From the NCBI GenBank assembly GCA_964016885.1, contig OZ024744.1, forward strand, positions 129,456,001 through 129,520,000: a stretch of 64,000 nt of DNA. The letters are read 5' to 3'. The position numbers were made by a program, and so were the translations under genes. The notes beneath the pieces were generated by a model that saw nothing but the letters and a program-made list of their open reading frames with translations, did not search any database and was not told the origin of the DNA. The DNA comes from Eledone cirrhosa. Lineage: Eukaryota. Shown in pieces: positions 12,001 through 26,000 of the stretch (within the stretch, counting starts at the first letter, position 1; each line of letters opens with the position of its first letter).

Positions 12001-13240
12001 TTGAGGTTAAAGTTAAGTAGGGGTTAAATTATGTTGGGGTTAAGTTAAGTTGGGGTTGAGTTAAGTTGGGGTTAAGTTAAGTTGGGGATAAGTTAAGTTG
12101 GGGATAAGTTAAGTTGGGGTTAATTAAGTTGGGTTTAAGTTAAGTTGGGGTTAAGTTAAGTTGGGGTTAAGTTAAGTTGGGGTTAAGTTAAGTTGGTTAG
12201 TTAAATTGAGTTTAAGTTAAGTTGGGCTTAATTTAAGTTGGGGTTAAGTTAAGTTGGGGTTAAGTTAAGTTGGGGTTAAGTTAAGTTGGGGTTAAGTTAA
12301 GTTGGGGTTCAGTCAAGTTGGGGTTAAGTTAAGTTGGGGTTAAGTTGGGGTAAAATTAAGTTGGGGTTAAGTTAAGTTGGGGTTAAGTTAAGTTGGGGTT
12401 AAGTTAAGTTGGGGTTAAGTTAAGTTGCGGTTAAGTTAAGTTGAGGTTAAGTTAAGTTGGGGTTAAGTTAGGTTGGGGTTAATTTAAGTTGGGACTAAGT
12501 TAAGTTGGGACTAAGTTAAGTTGGGGCTAAGTTAAGTTGGGGTTAAGTTAACTTTGGGTTAAGTTAAGTTGGGTTTGAGTTAAGTTGGGGTTAATTAAGT
12601 TGGGGTTAAGTTAAGTTGGGGTTAAGTTAAGTTGGGGTTAAGTTAAGTTGGGGTTAAGTTAAGTTGCGGTTAAGTTAAGTTGATGTTAAGTTAAGTTGGG
12701 GTTAAGTTAAGTTGGGGTTAAGTTAAGTTGGGGCTAAGTTAAGTTGGGGCTAAGTTAAGTTGGGGCTAAGTTAAGTTGGGGTTAAGTTAAGGTGGGGTTA
12801 AGTTAAGTTGGGGTCAACTTAAGTTGGGGTTAAGTTATGTTGGGGTTAAGTTAAGTTGGGGTTAAGTTAAGTTGGGGTTACATTAAGTTGGGGGTAAGTT
12901 AAGTTGGTGGTAAGTTAAGTTGGGGGTAAGTTAAGATGGGGTTAAGTTAAGTTGGGGTTAATTTAATTTGGGGTTAAGTTAAGTTAGGGTTAAGTTAAGT
13001 TGGGGTTATGTTAAGTTGGGGTTAAGTTAAGTTGGGGTTAAGTTAAGTTGGGGTTCAATTAAGTTGCGGTTAATTTAAGTTGGGTTTAAGTTAAGTTGGG
13101 GTTAAGTTAAGTTGGGGTTATGTTAAGTTGGTGTTAAGTTAAGTTGGGGATAAGTTAAGTTGGGGTTAAGTTAAGTTGGGGTTAAGTTAGGTTGGTGTTA
13201 AGTTAAGTTGGCGGTAAGTTAAGTTGGGTGTAAGTTAAGT
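9100..13240 (+). repeat. Tandem duplication, period about 2098 bp (repeated at about 21.2-25.4 kb within the 12.1-kb duplication)
   Basis: GGTAGGGTCGAG C at 9718 and 11816 (offset 2098), and at 21867 and 23965 (offset 2098). Both units carry GGAGCT, TTAAGCTAAG, GGGACT x2 and GGGTGTAAG in the same order. Confidence 0.88.
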
Positions 13241-14000
13241 TGGTGTTAAGTTATGTTGGGGTTAAGTTAAGTTGGGGTTAAGTTAAGTTGGGTTTAAGTT
13301 AAGTTGGGGCTAAGTTAAGTTAGGGCTAAGTTAAGTTGGGGTTAAGTAAACTTAGGGCTAAGTTAAGTTGGGGTTAACTTAAGTTGGGGTTAATTTAAGT
13401 TGGGGTTACATTAAGTTGAGGTTAAGTTAAGTTGGGGTTAAGTTAAGTTGGGTTTAAGTTAAGTTGGGGCTAAGTTAAGTTAGGGCTAAGTTAAGTTGGG
13501 GCTGAGTTAAGTTGGGGTTAATTTAAGTTGGGTTTAAGTTAAGTTGGGGTTAAGTTAAGTTGGGGTTATGTTAAGTTGGTGTTAAGTTAAGTTGGGGTTA
13601 AGTTAAGTTGGGGTTAAGTTAAGTTGGGGTTAAGTTAGGTTGGTGTTAAGTTAAGTTGGCGGTAAGTTAAGTTGGGGGTAAGTTAAGTTGGTGTTAAGTT
13701 ATGTTGGGGTTAAGTTAAGTTGGGGTTAAGTTAAGTTGGGTTTAAGTTAAGTTGGGGCTAAGTTAAGTTAGGGCTAAGTTAAGTTGGGGTTAAGTAAAGT
13801 TAGGGCTAAGTTAAGTTGGGGTTAAGTTAAGTTGGGGTTAATTTAAGTTGGGGTTACATTAAGTTGAGGTTAAGTTAAGTTGGGGTTAAGTTAAGTTGGG
13901 TTTAAGTTAAGTTGGGGCTAAGTTAAGTTAGGGCTAAGTTAAGTTGGGGCTGAGTTAAGTTGGGGTTAAGTTAAGTTGGGGTTGAGTTAAGTTGGGGTTA
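12900..14000 (+). repeat. 448-bp (28-monomer) internal tandem duplication carried within the central higher-order unit
   Basis: TTGGCGGTAAG C at 13212 and 13660, and at 18034 and 18482 (offset 448). Both halves carry TTAGGGCT, GTAAA, TTACATT and TTGAGG in the same order. Confidence 0.85.
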
Positions 14001-17000
14001 AGTTAAGTTGGGGTTAAGTTAAGTTGGGGTTAAGTTAAGTTGGGGCTGAGTTAAGTTGGGATTACGTTAAGTTGGGGTTAAGGTAAGTTGGGGTTAAGTT
14101 AAGTTGGGGTTAAGTTAAGTTGGTGTTAAGTTAAGTTGGGGCTGAGTTAAGTTGGGGCTAAGTTAAGTTGGGTCTAAGTTAAGTTGGGGTTAAGTTAAGT
14201 TGGGGTTAAGTTAAGTTGGTGTTAAATTAAGTTGGGGTTAAGTTAAGTTGGTGTTAAGTTAAGTTGGGGTTAAGTTAAGTTGGGGTTAATTAAGTTGGGG
14301 TTAAGTTAAGTTGGGGTTAAGTTAATTGGGGTTAAATTAAGTTAGGGTTGAGTTAAGTTGGGGTTAAGTTAAGGTGGGGTTAAGTTAAGTTGGGGTCAAC
14401 TTAAGTTGGGGTTAAGTTAAGTTGGGGTTAAGTTAAGTTGGGGTTAAGTTAAGTTGGGGTTAAGTTAAGTTGGGGTTATGTTAAGTTGGGGTTAAGTTAA
14501 GTTGGGGTTAAGTTAAGTTGGGGTTCAATTAAGTTGGGGTTAAGTTAAGTTGGGGGTAAGATAAGTTGGGGTTAGTTAAGTTGGGGTTAAGTTAAGTTGG
14601 GGTTAAGTTAAGTTGGGGTTAATTTAATTTGTGGTTAAGTTAAGTTGGGGTTAAAATAAGTTGGGGTTAAGTTAAGTTGGGGTTAATTTAATTTGTGGTT
14701 AAGTTAAGTTGGGGTTAAGTTAAGTTGGGGTTGAGTTAAGCTGGGGTTAAGTTAAGTTGAGGTTAAAGTTAAGTAGGGGTTAAATTATGTTGGGGTTAAG
14801 TTAAGTTGGGGTTAAGTTAAGTTGGGGTTAAGTTAAGTTGGGGATAAGTTAAGTTGGGGATAAGTTAAGTTGGGGTTAATTAAGTTGGGTTTAAGTTAAG
14901 TTGGGGTTAAGTTAAGTTGGGGTTAAGTTAAGTTGGGGTTAAGTTAAGTTGGTTAGTTAAGTTGAGTTTAAGTTAAGTTGGGCTTAATTTAAGTTGGGGT
15001 TAAGTTAAGTTGGGGTTAAGTTAAGTTGGGGTTAAGTTGGGGTAAAATTAAGTTGGGGTTAAGTTAAGTTGGGGTTAAGTTAAGTTGGGGTTAAGTTAAG
15101 TTGGGGTTAAGTTAAGTTGCGGTTAAGTTAAGTTGAGGTTAAGTTAAGTTGGGGTTAAGTTAGGTTGGGGTTAATTTAAGTTGGGACTAAGTTAAGTTGG
15201 GACTAAGTTAAGTTGGGGCTAAGTTAAGTTGGGGTTAAGTTAACTTTGGGTTAAGTTAAGTTGGGTTTGAGTTAAGTTGGGGTTAATTAAGTTGGGGTTA
15301 AGTTAAGTTGGGGTTAAGTTAAGTTGGGGTTAAGTTAAGTTGGGGTTAAGTTAAGTTGCGGTTAAGTTAAGTTGATGTTAAGTTAAGTTGGGGTTAAGTT
15401 AAGTTGGGGTTAAGTTAAGTTGGGGCTAAGTTAAGTTGGGGCTAAGTTAAGTTGGGGCTAAGTTAAGTTGGGGTTAAGTTAAGGTGGGGTTAAGTTAAGT
15501 TGGGGTCAACTTAAGTTGGGGTTAAGTTATGTTGGGGTTAAGTTAAGTTGGGGTTAAGTTAAGTTGGGGTTACATTAAGTTGGGGGTAAGTTAAGTTGGT
15601 GGTAAGTTAAGTTGGGGGTAAGTTAAGATGGGGTTAAGTTAAGTTGGGGTTAATTTAATTTGGGGTTAAGTTAAGTTAGGGTTAAGTTAAGTTGGGGTTA
15701 TGTTAAGTTGGGGTTAAGTTAAGTTGGGGTTAAGTTAAGTTGGGGTTCAATTAAGTTGCGGTTAATTTAAGTTGGGTTTAAGTTAAGTTGGGGTTAAGTT
15801 AAGTTGGGGTTATGTTAAGTTGGTGTTAAGTTAAGTTGGGGATAAGTTAAGTTGGGGTTAAGTTAAGTTGGGGTTAAGTTAGGTTGGTGTTAAGTTAAGT
15901 TGGCGGTAAGTTAAGTTGGGTGTAAGTTAAGTTGGGGTTAAGTTAAGTTGGGGCTAAGTTAAGTTGGAGCTAAGTTAAGTTGGGGCTAAGTTAAGTTGGG
16001 GTTAAGTTAAGTTGGGGTTAAGTTAAGGTGGGGTTAAGTTAAGTTGGGGTCAACTTAAGTTGGGGTTAATTTAAGTTGGGGTTAACTTAAGTTGGGGTTA
16101 AGCTAAGTTGGGGTTAAGTTAAGTTGGGGTTAAGTTAAGTTGGGGTTACGTTAAGTTGGGGGTAAGTTAAGTTGGTGGTAAGTTAAGTTGGGGGTAAGTT
16201 AAGATGGGGTTAAGTTAAGTTGGGGTTAATTTAATTTGGGGTTAAGTTAAGTTAGGGTTAAGTTAAGTTGGGGTTGAGTTAAGTTGGGGTTAAGTTAAGT
16301 TGGGGTTATGTTAAGTTGGGGTTAAGTTAAGTTGGGGTTAAGTTAAGTTGGGGTTCAATTAAGTTGCGGTTAATTTAAGTTGGGGTTAAGTTAAGTTGGG
16401 GTTAAGTTAAGATGGGGTTAAGTTAAGTTGGGGTTATGTTAAGTTGGTGTTAAGTTAAGTTGGGGTTAAGTTAAGTTGGGGTTAAGTTAGGTTGGTGTTA
16501 ATTTAAGTTGGGGGTAAGTTAAGTTGGGGGTAAGTTAAGTTGGTGTTAAGTTAAGTTGGGGTTAAGTTAAGTTGGGGTTAAGTTAAGTTGGGGTTAAGGT
16601 AGGGTCGAGTTAAGTTGGGGTTAAGTTAAGTTGGGGTTAAGTTAAGTTGGGGTTGAGTTAAGCTGGGGTTAAGTTAAGTTGGGGTTAAAATAAGTTGGGG
16701 TTAAGTTAAGTTGGGGTTAATTTAATTTGTGGTTAAGTTAAGTTGGGGTTAAGTTAAGTTGGGGTTAAGTTAAGTTGGGGTTAAGTTAGGTTGGTGTTAA
16801 TTTAAGCTGGGGTTAAGTTAAGTTGAGGTTAAAGTTAAGTAGGGGTTAAATTATGTTGGGGTTAAGTTAAGTTGGGGTTAAGTTAAGTTGGGGTTAAGTT
16901 AAGTTGGGGATAAGTTAAGTTGGGGATAAGTTAAGTTGGGGTTAATTAAGTTGGGTTTAAGTTAAGTTGGGGTTAAGTTAAGTTGGGGTTAAGTTAAGTT

Positions 17001-20000
17001 GGGGTTAAGTTAAGTTGGTTAGTTAAATTGAGTTTAAGTTAAGTTGGGCTTAATTTAAGTTGGGGTTAAGTTAAGTTGGGGTTAAGTTAAGTTGGGGTTA
17101 AGTTAAGTTGGGGTTAAGTTAAGTTGGGGTTCAGTCAAGTTGGGGTTAAGTTAAGTTGGGGTTAAGTTGGGGTAAAATTAAGTTGGGGTTAAGTTAAGTT
17201 GGGGTTAAGTTAAGTTGGGGTTAAGTTAAGTTGGGGTTAAGTTAAGTTGCGGTTAAGTTAAGTTGAGGTTAAGTTAAGTTGGGGTTAAGTTAGGTTGGGG
17301 TTAATTTAAGTTGGGACTAAGTTAAGTTGGGACTAAGTTAAGTTGGGGCTAAGTTAAGTTGGGGTTAAGTTAACTTTGGGTTAAGTTAAGTTGGGTTTGA
17401 GTTAAGTTGGGGTTAATTAAGTTGGGGTTAAGTTAAGTTGGGGTTAAGTTAAGTTGGGGTTAAGTTAAGTTGGGGTTAAGTTAAGTTGCGGTTAAGTTAA
17501 GTTGATGTTAAGTTAAGTTGGGGTTAAGTTAAGTTGGGGTTAAGTTAAGTTGGGGCTAAGTTAAGTTGGGGCTAAGTTAAGTTGGGGCTAAGTTAAGTTG
17601 GGGTTAAGTTAAGGTGGGGTTAAGTTAAGTTGGGGTCAACTTAAGTTGGGGTTAAGTTATGTTGGGGTTAAGTTAAGTTGGGGTTAAGTTAAGTTGGGGT
17701 TACATTAAGTTGGGGGTAAGTTAAGTTGGTGGTAAGTTAAGTTGGGGGTAAGTTAAGATGGGGTTAAGTTAAGTTGGGGTTAATTTAATTTGGGGTTAAG
17801 TTAAGTTAGGGTTAAGTTAAGTTGGGGTTATGTTAAGTTGGGGTTAAGTTAAGTTGGGGTTAAGTTAAGTTGGGGTTCAATTAAGTTGCGGTTAATTTAA
17901 GTTGGGTTTAAGGTAAGTTGGGGTTAAGTTAAGTTGGGGTTATGTTAAGTTGGTGTTAAGTTAAGTTGGGGATAAGTTAAGTTGGGGTTAAGTTAAGTTG
18001 GGGTTAAGTTAGGTTGGTGTTAAGTTAAGTTGGCGGTAAGTTAAGTTGGGTGTAAGTTAAGTTGGTGTTAAGTTATGTTGGGGTTAAGTTAAGTTGGGGT
18101 TAAGTTAAGTTGGGTTTAAGTTAAGTTGGGGCTAAGTTAAGTTAGGGCTAAGTTAAGTTGGGGTTAAGTAAAGTTAGGGCTAAGTTAAGTTGGGGTTAAC
18201 TTAAGTTGGGGTTAATTTAAGTTGGGGTTACATTAAGTTGAGGTTAAGTTAAGTTGGGGTTAAGTTAAGTTGGGTTTAAGTTAAGTTGGGGCTAAGTTAA
18301 GTTAGGGCTAAGTTAAGTTGGGGCTGAGTTAAGTTGGGGTTAATTTAAGTTGGGTTTAAGTTAAGTTGGGGTTAAGTTAAGTTGGGGTTATGTTAAGTTG
18401 GTGTTAAGTTAAGTTGGGGTTAAGTTAAGTTGGGGTTAAGTTAAGTTGGGGTTAAGTTAGGTTGGTGTTAAGTTAAGTTGGCGGTAAGTTAAGTTGGGGG
18501 TAAGTTAAGTTGGTGTTAAGTTATGTTGGGGTTAAGTTAAGTTGGGGTTAAGTTAAGTTGGGTTTAAGTTAAGTTGGGGCTAAGTTAAGTTAGGGCTAAG
18601 TTAAGTTGGGGTTAAGTAAAGTTAGGGCTAAGTTAAGTTGGGGTTAAGTTAAGTTGGGGTTAATTTAAGTTGGGGTTACATTAAGTTGAGGTTAAGTTAA
18701 GTTGGGGTTAAGTTAAGTTGGGTTTAAGTTAAGTTGGGGCTAAGTTAAGTTAGGGCTAAGTTAAGTTGGGGCTGAGTTAAGTTGGGGTTAAGTTAAGTTG
18801 GGGTTGAGTTAAGTTGGGGTTAAGTTAAGTTGGGGTTAAGTTAAGTTGGGGTTAAGTTAAGTTGGGGCTGAGTTAAGTTGGGATTACGTTAAGTTGGGGT
18901 TAAGGTAAGTTGGGGTTAAGTTAAGTTGGGGTTAAGTTAAGTTGGTGTTAAGTTAAGTTGGGGCTGAGTTAAGTTGGGGCTAAGTTAAGTTGGGTCTAAG
19001 TTAAGTTGGGGTTAAGTTAAGTTGGGGTTAAGTTAAGTTGGTGTTAAATTAAGTTGGGGTTAAGTTAAGTTGGTGTTAAGTTAAGTTGGGGTTAAGTTAA
19101 GTTGGGGTTAATTAAGTTGGGGTTAAGTTAAGTTGGGGTTAAGTTAATTGGGGTTAAATTAAGTTAGGGTTGAGTTAAGTTGGGGTTAAGTTAAGGTGGG
19201 GTTAAGTTAAGTTGGGGTCAACTTAAGTTGGGGTTAAGTTAAGTTGGGGTTAAGTTAAGTTGGGGTTAAGTTAAGTTGGGGTTAAGTTAAGTTGGGGTTA
19301 TGTTAAGTTGGGGTTAAGTTAAGTTGGGGTTAAGTTAAGTTGGGGTTCAATTAAGTTGGGGTTAAGTTAAGTTGGGGGTAAGATAAGTTGGGGTTAGTTA
19401 AGTTGGGGTTAAGTTAAGTTGGGGTTAAGTTAAGTTGGGGTTAATTTAATTTGTGGTTAAGTTAAGTTGGGGTTAAAATAAGTTGGGGTTAAGTTAAGTT
19501 GGGGTTAATTTAATTTGTGGTTAAGTTAAGTTGGGGTTAAGTTAAGTTGGGGTTGAGTTAAGCTGGGGTTAAGTTAAGTTGAGGTTAAAGTTAAGTAGGG
19601 GTTAAATTATGTTGGGGTTAAGTTAAGTTGGGGTTAAGTTAAGTTGGGGTTAAGTTAAGTTGGGGATAAGTTAAGTTGGGGATAAGTTAAGTTGGGGTTA
19701 ATTAAGTTGGGTTTAAGTTAAGTTGGGGTTAAGTTAAGTTGGGGTTAAGTTAAGTTGGGGTTAAGTTAAGTTGGTTAGTTAAGTTGAGTTTAAGTTAAGT
19801 TGGGCTTAATTTAAGTTGGGGTTAAGTTAAGTTGGGGTTAAGTTAAGTTGGGGTTAAGTTAAGTTGGGGTTAAGTTAAGTTGGGGTTCAGTCAAGTTGGG
19901 GTTAAGTTAAGTTGGGGTTAAGTTGGGGTAAAATTAAGTTGGGGTTAAGTTAAGTTGGGGTTAAGTTAAGTTGGGGTTAAGTTAAGTTGGGGTTAAGTTA

Positions 20001-23000
20001 AGTTGCGGTTAAGTTAAGTTGAGGTTAAGTTAAGTTGGGGTTAAGTTAAGTTGGGGTTAATTTAAGTTGGGGCTAAGTTAAGTTGGGGCTAAGTTAAGTT
20101 GGGGCTAAGTTAAGTTGGGGTTAAGTTAACTTTGGGTTAAGTTAAGTTGGGTTTGAGTTAAGTTGGGGTTAATTAAGTTGGGGTTAAGTTAAGTTGGGGT
20201 TAAGTTAAGTTGGGGTTAAGTTAAGTTGGGGTTAAGTTAAGTTGCGGTTAAGTTAAGTTGATGTTAAGTTAAGTTGGGGTTAAGTTAAGTTGGGGTTAAG
20301 TTAAGTTGGGGCTAAGTTAAGTTGGGGCTAAGTTAAGTTGGGGCTATGTTAAGTTGGGGTTAAGTTAAGGTGGGGTTAAGTTAAGTTGGGGTCAACTTAA
20401 GTTGGGGTTAAGTTATGTTGGGGTTAAGTTAAGTTGGGGTTAAGTTAAGTTGGGGTTACATTAAGTTGGGGGTAAGTTAAGTTGGTGGTAAGTTAAGTTG
20501 GGGGTAAGTTAAGATGGGGTTAAGTTAAGTTGGGGTTAATTTAATTTGGGGTTAAGTTAAGTTAGGGTTAAGTTAAGTTGGGGTTATGTTAAGTTGGGGT
20601 TAAGTTAAGTTGGGGTTAAGTTAAGTTGGGGTTCAATTAAGTTGCGGTTAATTTAAGTTGGGTTTAAGTTAAGTTGGGGTTAAGTTAAGTTGGGGTTATG
20701 TTAAGTTGGTGTTAAGTTAAGTTGGGGATAAGTTAAGTTGGGGTTAAGTTAAGTTGGGGTTAAGTTAGGTTGGTGTTAAGTTAAGTTGGCGGTAAGTTAA
20801 GTTGGGGGTAAGTTAAGTTGGTGTTAAGTTATGTTGGGGTTAAGTTAAGTTGGGGTTAAGTTAAGTTGGGTTTAAGTTAAGTTGGGGCTAAGTTAAGTTA
20901 GGGCTAAGTTAAGTTGGGGTTAAGTTAAGTTGGGGTTAATTAAGTTGGCTTTAAGTTAAGTTGGGGTTAAGTTAAGTTGGGGTTAAGATAAGTTGGTTAG
21001 TTAAGTTGAGTTTAAGTTAAGTTGGGGTTAATTTAAGTTGGGGTTAAGTTAAGTTGGGGTTAAGTTAAGTTGGGGTTAAGTTAAGTTGGGGTTCAGTTAA
21101 GTTGGGGTTAAGTTGGGGTAAAATTAAGTTGGGGTTAAGTTAAGTTGCGGTTAAGTTAAGTTGAGGTTAAGTTAAGTTGGGGTTAAGTTAAGTTGGGGTT
21201 AAGTTAAGTTGGGGCTAAGTTAAGTTGGAGCTAAGTTAAGTTGGGGCTAAGTTAAGTTGGGGTTAAGTTAAGTTGGGGTTAAGTTAAGGTGGGGTTAAGT
21301 TAAGTTGGGGTCAACTTAAGTTGGGGTTAATTTAAGTTGGGGTTAACTTAAGTTGGGGTTAAGCTAAGTTGGGGTTAAGTTAAGTTGGGGTTAAGTTAAG
21401 TTGGGGTTACGTTAAGTTGGGGGTAAGTTAAGTTGGTGGTAAGTTAAGTTGGGGGTAAGTTAAGATGGGGTTAAGTTAAGTTGGGGTTAATTTAATTTGG
21501 GGTTAAGTTAAGTTAGGGTTAAGTTAAGTTGGGGTTGATTTAAGTTGGGGTTAAGTTAAGTTGGGGTTATGTTAAGTTGGGGTTAAGTTAAGTTGGGGTT
21601 AAGTTAAGTTGGGGTTCAATTAAGTTGCGGTTAATTTAAGTTGGGGTTAAGTTAAGTTGGGGTTAAGTTAAGATGGGGTTAAGTTAAGTTGGGGTTATGT
21701 TAAGTTGGTGTTAAGTTAAGTTGGGGTTAAGTTAAGTTGGGGTTAAGTTAGGTTGGTGTTAATTTAAGTTGGGGGTAAGTTAAGTTGGGGGTAAGTTAAG
21801 TTGGTGTTAAGTTAAGTTGGGGTTAAGTTAAGTTGGGGTTAAGTTAAGTTGGGGTTAAGGTAGGGTCGAGTTAAGTTGGGGTTAAGTTAAGTTGGGGTTA
21901 AGTTAAGTTGGGGTTGAGTTAAGCTGGGGTTAAGTTAAGTTGGGGTTAAAATAAGTTGGGGTTAAGTTAAGTTGGGGTTAATTTAATTTGTGGTTAAGTT
22001 AAGTTGGGGTTAAGTTAAGTTGGGGTTGAGTTAAGCTGGGGTTAAGTTAAGTTGAGGTTAAAGTTAAGTAGGGGTTAAATTATGTTGGGGTTAAGTTAAG
22101 TTGGGGTTAAGTTAAGTTGGGGTTAAGTTAAGTTGGGGATAAGTTAAGTTGGGGATAAGTTAAGTTGGGGTTAATTAAGTTGGGTTTAAGTTAAGTTGGG
22201 GTTAAGTTAAGTTGGGGTTAAGTTAAGTTGGGGTTAAGTTAAGTTGGTTAGTTAAATTGAGTTTAAGTTAAGTTGGGCTTAATTTAAGTTGGGGTTAAGT
22301 TAAGTTGGGGTTAAGTTAAGTTGGGGTTAAGTTAAGTTGGGGTTAAGTTAAGTTGGGGTTCAGTCAAGTTGGGGTTAAGTTAAGTTGGGGTTAAGTTGGG
22401 GTAAAATTAAGTTGGGGTTAAGTTAAGTTGGGGTTAAGTTAAGTTGGGGTTAAGTTAAGTTGGGGTTTAGTTAAGTTGCGGTTAAGTTAAGTTGAGGTTA
22501 AGTTAAGTTGGGGTTAAGTTAGGTTGGGGTTAATTTAAGTTGGGACTAAGTTAAGTTGGGACTAAGTTAAGTTGGGGCTAAGTTAAGTTGGGGTTAAGTT
22601 AACTTTGGGTTAAGTTAAGTTGGGTTTGAGTTAAGTTGGGGTTAATTAAGTTGGGGTTAAGTTAAGTTGGGGTTAAGTTAAGTTGGGGTTAAGTTAAGTT
22701 GGGGTTAAGTTAAGTTGCGGTTAAGTTAAGTTGATGTTAAGTTAAGTTGGGGTTAAGTTAAGTTGGGGTTAAGTTAAGTTGGGGCTAAGTTAAGTTGGGG
22801 CTAAGTTAAGTTGGGGCTAAGTTAAGTTGGGGTTAAGTTAAGGTGGGGTTAAGTTAAGTTGGGGTCAACTTAAGTTGGGGTTAAGTTATGTTGGGGTTAA
22901 GTTAAGTTGGGGTTAAGTTAAGTTGGGGTTACATTAAGTTGGGGGTAAGTTAAGTTGGTGGTAAGTTAAGTTGGGGGTAAGTTAAGATGGGGTTAAGTTA

Positions 23001-26000
23001 AGTTGGGGTTAATTTAATTTGGGGTTAAGTTAAGTTAGGGTTAAGTTAAGTTGGGGTTATGTTAAGTTGGGGTTAAGTTAAGTTGGGGTTAAGTTAAGTT
23101 GGGGTTCAATTAAGTTGCGGTTAATTTAAGTTGGGTTTAAGTTAAGTTGGGGTTAAGTTAAGTTGGGGTTATGTTAAGTTGGTGTTAAGTTAAGTTGGGG
23201 ATAAGTTAAGTTGGGGTTAAGTTAAGTTGGGGTTAAGTTAGGTTGGTGTTAAGTTAAGTTGGCGGTAAGTTAAGTTGGGTGTAAGTTAAGTTGGGGTTAA
23301 GTTAAGTTGGGGCTAAGTTAAGTTGGAGCTAAGTTAAGTTGGGGCTAAGTTAAGTTGGGGTTAAGTTAAGTTGGGGTTAAGTTAAGGTGGGGTTAAGTTA
23401 AGTTGGGGTCAACTTAAGTTGGGGTTAATTTAAGTTGGGGTTAACTTAAGTTGGGGTTAAGCTAAGTTGGGGTTAAGTTAAGTTGGGGTTAAGTTAAGTT
23501 GGGGTTACGTTAAGTTGGGGGTAAGTTAAGTTGGTGGTAAGTTAAGTTGGGGGTAAGTTAAGATGGGGTTAAGTTAAGTTGGGGTTAATTTAATTTGGGG
23601 TTAAGTTAAGTTAGGGTTAAGTTAAGTTGGGGTTGAGTTAAGTTGGGGTTAAGTTAAGTTGGGGTTATGTTAAGTTGGGGTTAAGTTAAGTTGGGGTTAA
23701 GTTAAGTTGGGGTTCAATTAAGTTGCGGTTAATTTAAGTTGGGGTTAAGTTAAGTTGGGGTTAAGTTAAGATGGGGTTAAGTTAAGTTGGGGTTATGTTA
23801 AGTTGGTGTTAAGTTAAGTTGGGGTTAAGTTAAGTTGGGGTTAAGTTAGGTTGGTGTTAATTTAAGTTGGGGGTAAGTTAAGTTGGGGGTAAGTTAAGTT
23901 GGTGTTAAGTTAAGTTGGGGTTAAGTTAAGTTGGGGTTAAGTTAAGTTGGGGTTAAGGTAGGGTCGAGTTAAGTTGGGGTTAAGTTAAGTTGGGGTTAAG
24001 TTAAGTTGGGGTTGAGTTAAGCTGGGGTTAAGTTAAGTTGGGGTTAAAATAAGTTGGGGTTAAGTTAAGTTGGGGTTAATTTAATTTGTGGTTAAGTTAA
24101 GTTGGGGTTAAGTTAAGTTGGGGTTGAGTTAAGCTGGGGTTAAGTTAAGTTGAGGTTAAAGTTAAGTAGGGGTTAAATTATGTTGGGGTTAAGTTAAGTT
24201 GGGGTTGAGTTAAGTTGGGGTTAAGTTAAGTTGGGGATAAGTTAAGTTGGGGATAAGTTAAGTTGGGGTTAATTAAGTTGGGTTTAAGTTAAGTTGGGGT
24301 TAAGTTAAGTTGGGGTTAAGTTAAGTTGGGGTTAAGTTAAGTTGGTTAGTTAAATTGAGTTTAAGTTAAGTTGGGCTTAATTTAAGTTGGGGTTAAGTTA
24401 AGTTGGGGTTAAGTTAAGTTGGGGTTAAGTTAAGTTGGGGTTAAGTTAAGTTGGGGTTCAGTCAAGTTGGGGTTAAGTTAAGTTGGGGTTAAGTTGGGGT
24501 AAAATTAAGTTGGGGTTAAGTTAAGTTGGGGTTAAGTTAAGTTGGGGTTAAGTTAAGTTGGGGTTAAGTTAAGTTGCGGTTAAGTTAAGTTGAGGTTAAG
24601 TTAAGTTGGGGTTAAGTTAGGTTGGGGTTAATTTAAGTTGGGACTAAGTTAAGTTGGGACTAAGTTAAGTTGGGGCTAAGTTAAGTTGGGGTTAAGTTAA
24701 CTTTGGGTTAAGTTAAGTTGGGTTTGAGTTAAGTTGGGGTTAATTAAGTTGGGGTTAAGTTAAGTTGGGGTTAAGTTAAGTTGGGGTTAAGTTAAGTTGG
24801 GGTTAAGTTAAGTTGCGGTTAAGTTAAGTTGATGTTAAGTTAAGTTGGGGTTAAGTTAAGTTGGGGTTAAGTTAAGTTGGGGCTAAGTTAAGTTGGGGCT
24901 AAGTTAAGTTGGGGCTAAGTTAAGTTGGGGTTAAGTTAAGGTGGGGTTAAGTTAAGTTGGGGTCAACTTAAGTTGGGGTTAAGTTATGTTGGGGTTAAGT
25001 TAAGTTGGGGTTAAGTTAAGTTGGGGTTACATTAAGTTGGGGGTAAGTTAAGTTGGTGGTAAGTTAAGTTGGGGGTAAGTTAAGATGGGGTTAAGTTAAG
25101 TTGGGGTTAATTTAATTTGGGGTTAAGTTAAGTTAGGGTTAAGTTAAGTTGGGGTTATGTTAAGTTGGGGTTAAGTTAAGTTGGGGTTAAGTTAAGTTGG
25201 GGTTCAATTAAGTTGCGGTTAATTTAAGTTGGGTTTAAGTTAAGTTGGGGTTAAGTTAAGTTGGGGTTATGTTAAGTTGGTGTTAAGTTAAGTTGGGGAT
25301 AAGTTAAGTTGGGGTTAAGTTAAGTTGGGGTTAAGTTAGGTTGGTGTTAAGTTAAGTTGGCGGTAAGTTAAGTTGGGTGTAAGTTAAGTTGGTGTTAAGT
25401 TATGTTGGGGTTAAGTTAAGTTGGGGTTAAGTTAAGTTGGGTTTAAGTTAAGTTGGGGCTAAGTTAAGTTAGGGCTAAGTTAAGTTGGGGTTAAGTAAAC
25501 TTAGGGCTAAGTTAAGTTGGGGTTAACTTAAGTTGGGGTTAATTTAAGTTGGGGTTACATTAAGTTGAGGTTAAGTTAAGTTGGGGTTAAGTTAAGTTGG
25601 GTTTAAGTTAAGTTGGGGCTAAGTTAAGTTAGGGCTAAGTTAAGTTGGGGCTGAGTTAAGTTGGGGTTAATTTAAGTTGGGTTTAAGTTAAGTTGGGGTT
25701 AAGTTAAGTTGGGGTTATGTTAAGTTGGTGTTAAGTCAAGTTGGGGTTAAGTTAAGTTGGGGTTAAGTTAAGTTGGGGTTAAGTTAGGTTGGTGTTAAGT
25801 TAAGTTGGCGGTAAGTTAAGTTGGGGGTAAGTTAAGTTGGTGTTAAGTTATGTTGGGGTTAAGTTAAGTTGGGGTTAAGTTAAGTTGGGTTTAAGTTAAG
25901 TTGGGGCTAAGTTAAGTTAGGGCTAAGTTAAGTTGGGGTTAAGTAAAGTTAGGGCTAAGTTAAGTTGGGGTTAAGTTAAGTTGGGGTTAATTTAAGTTGG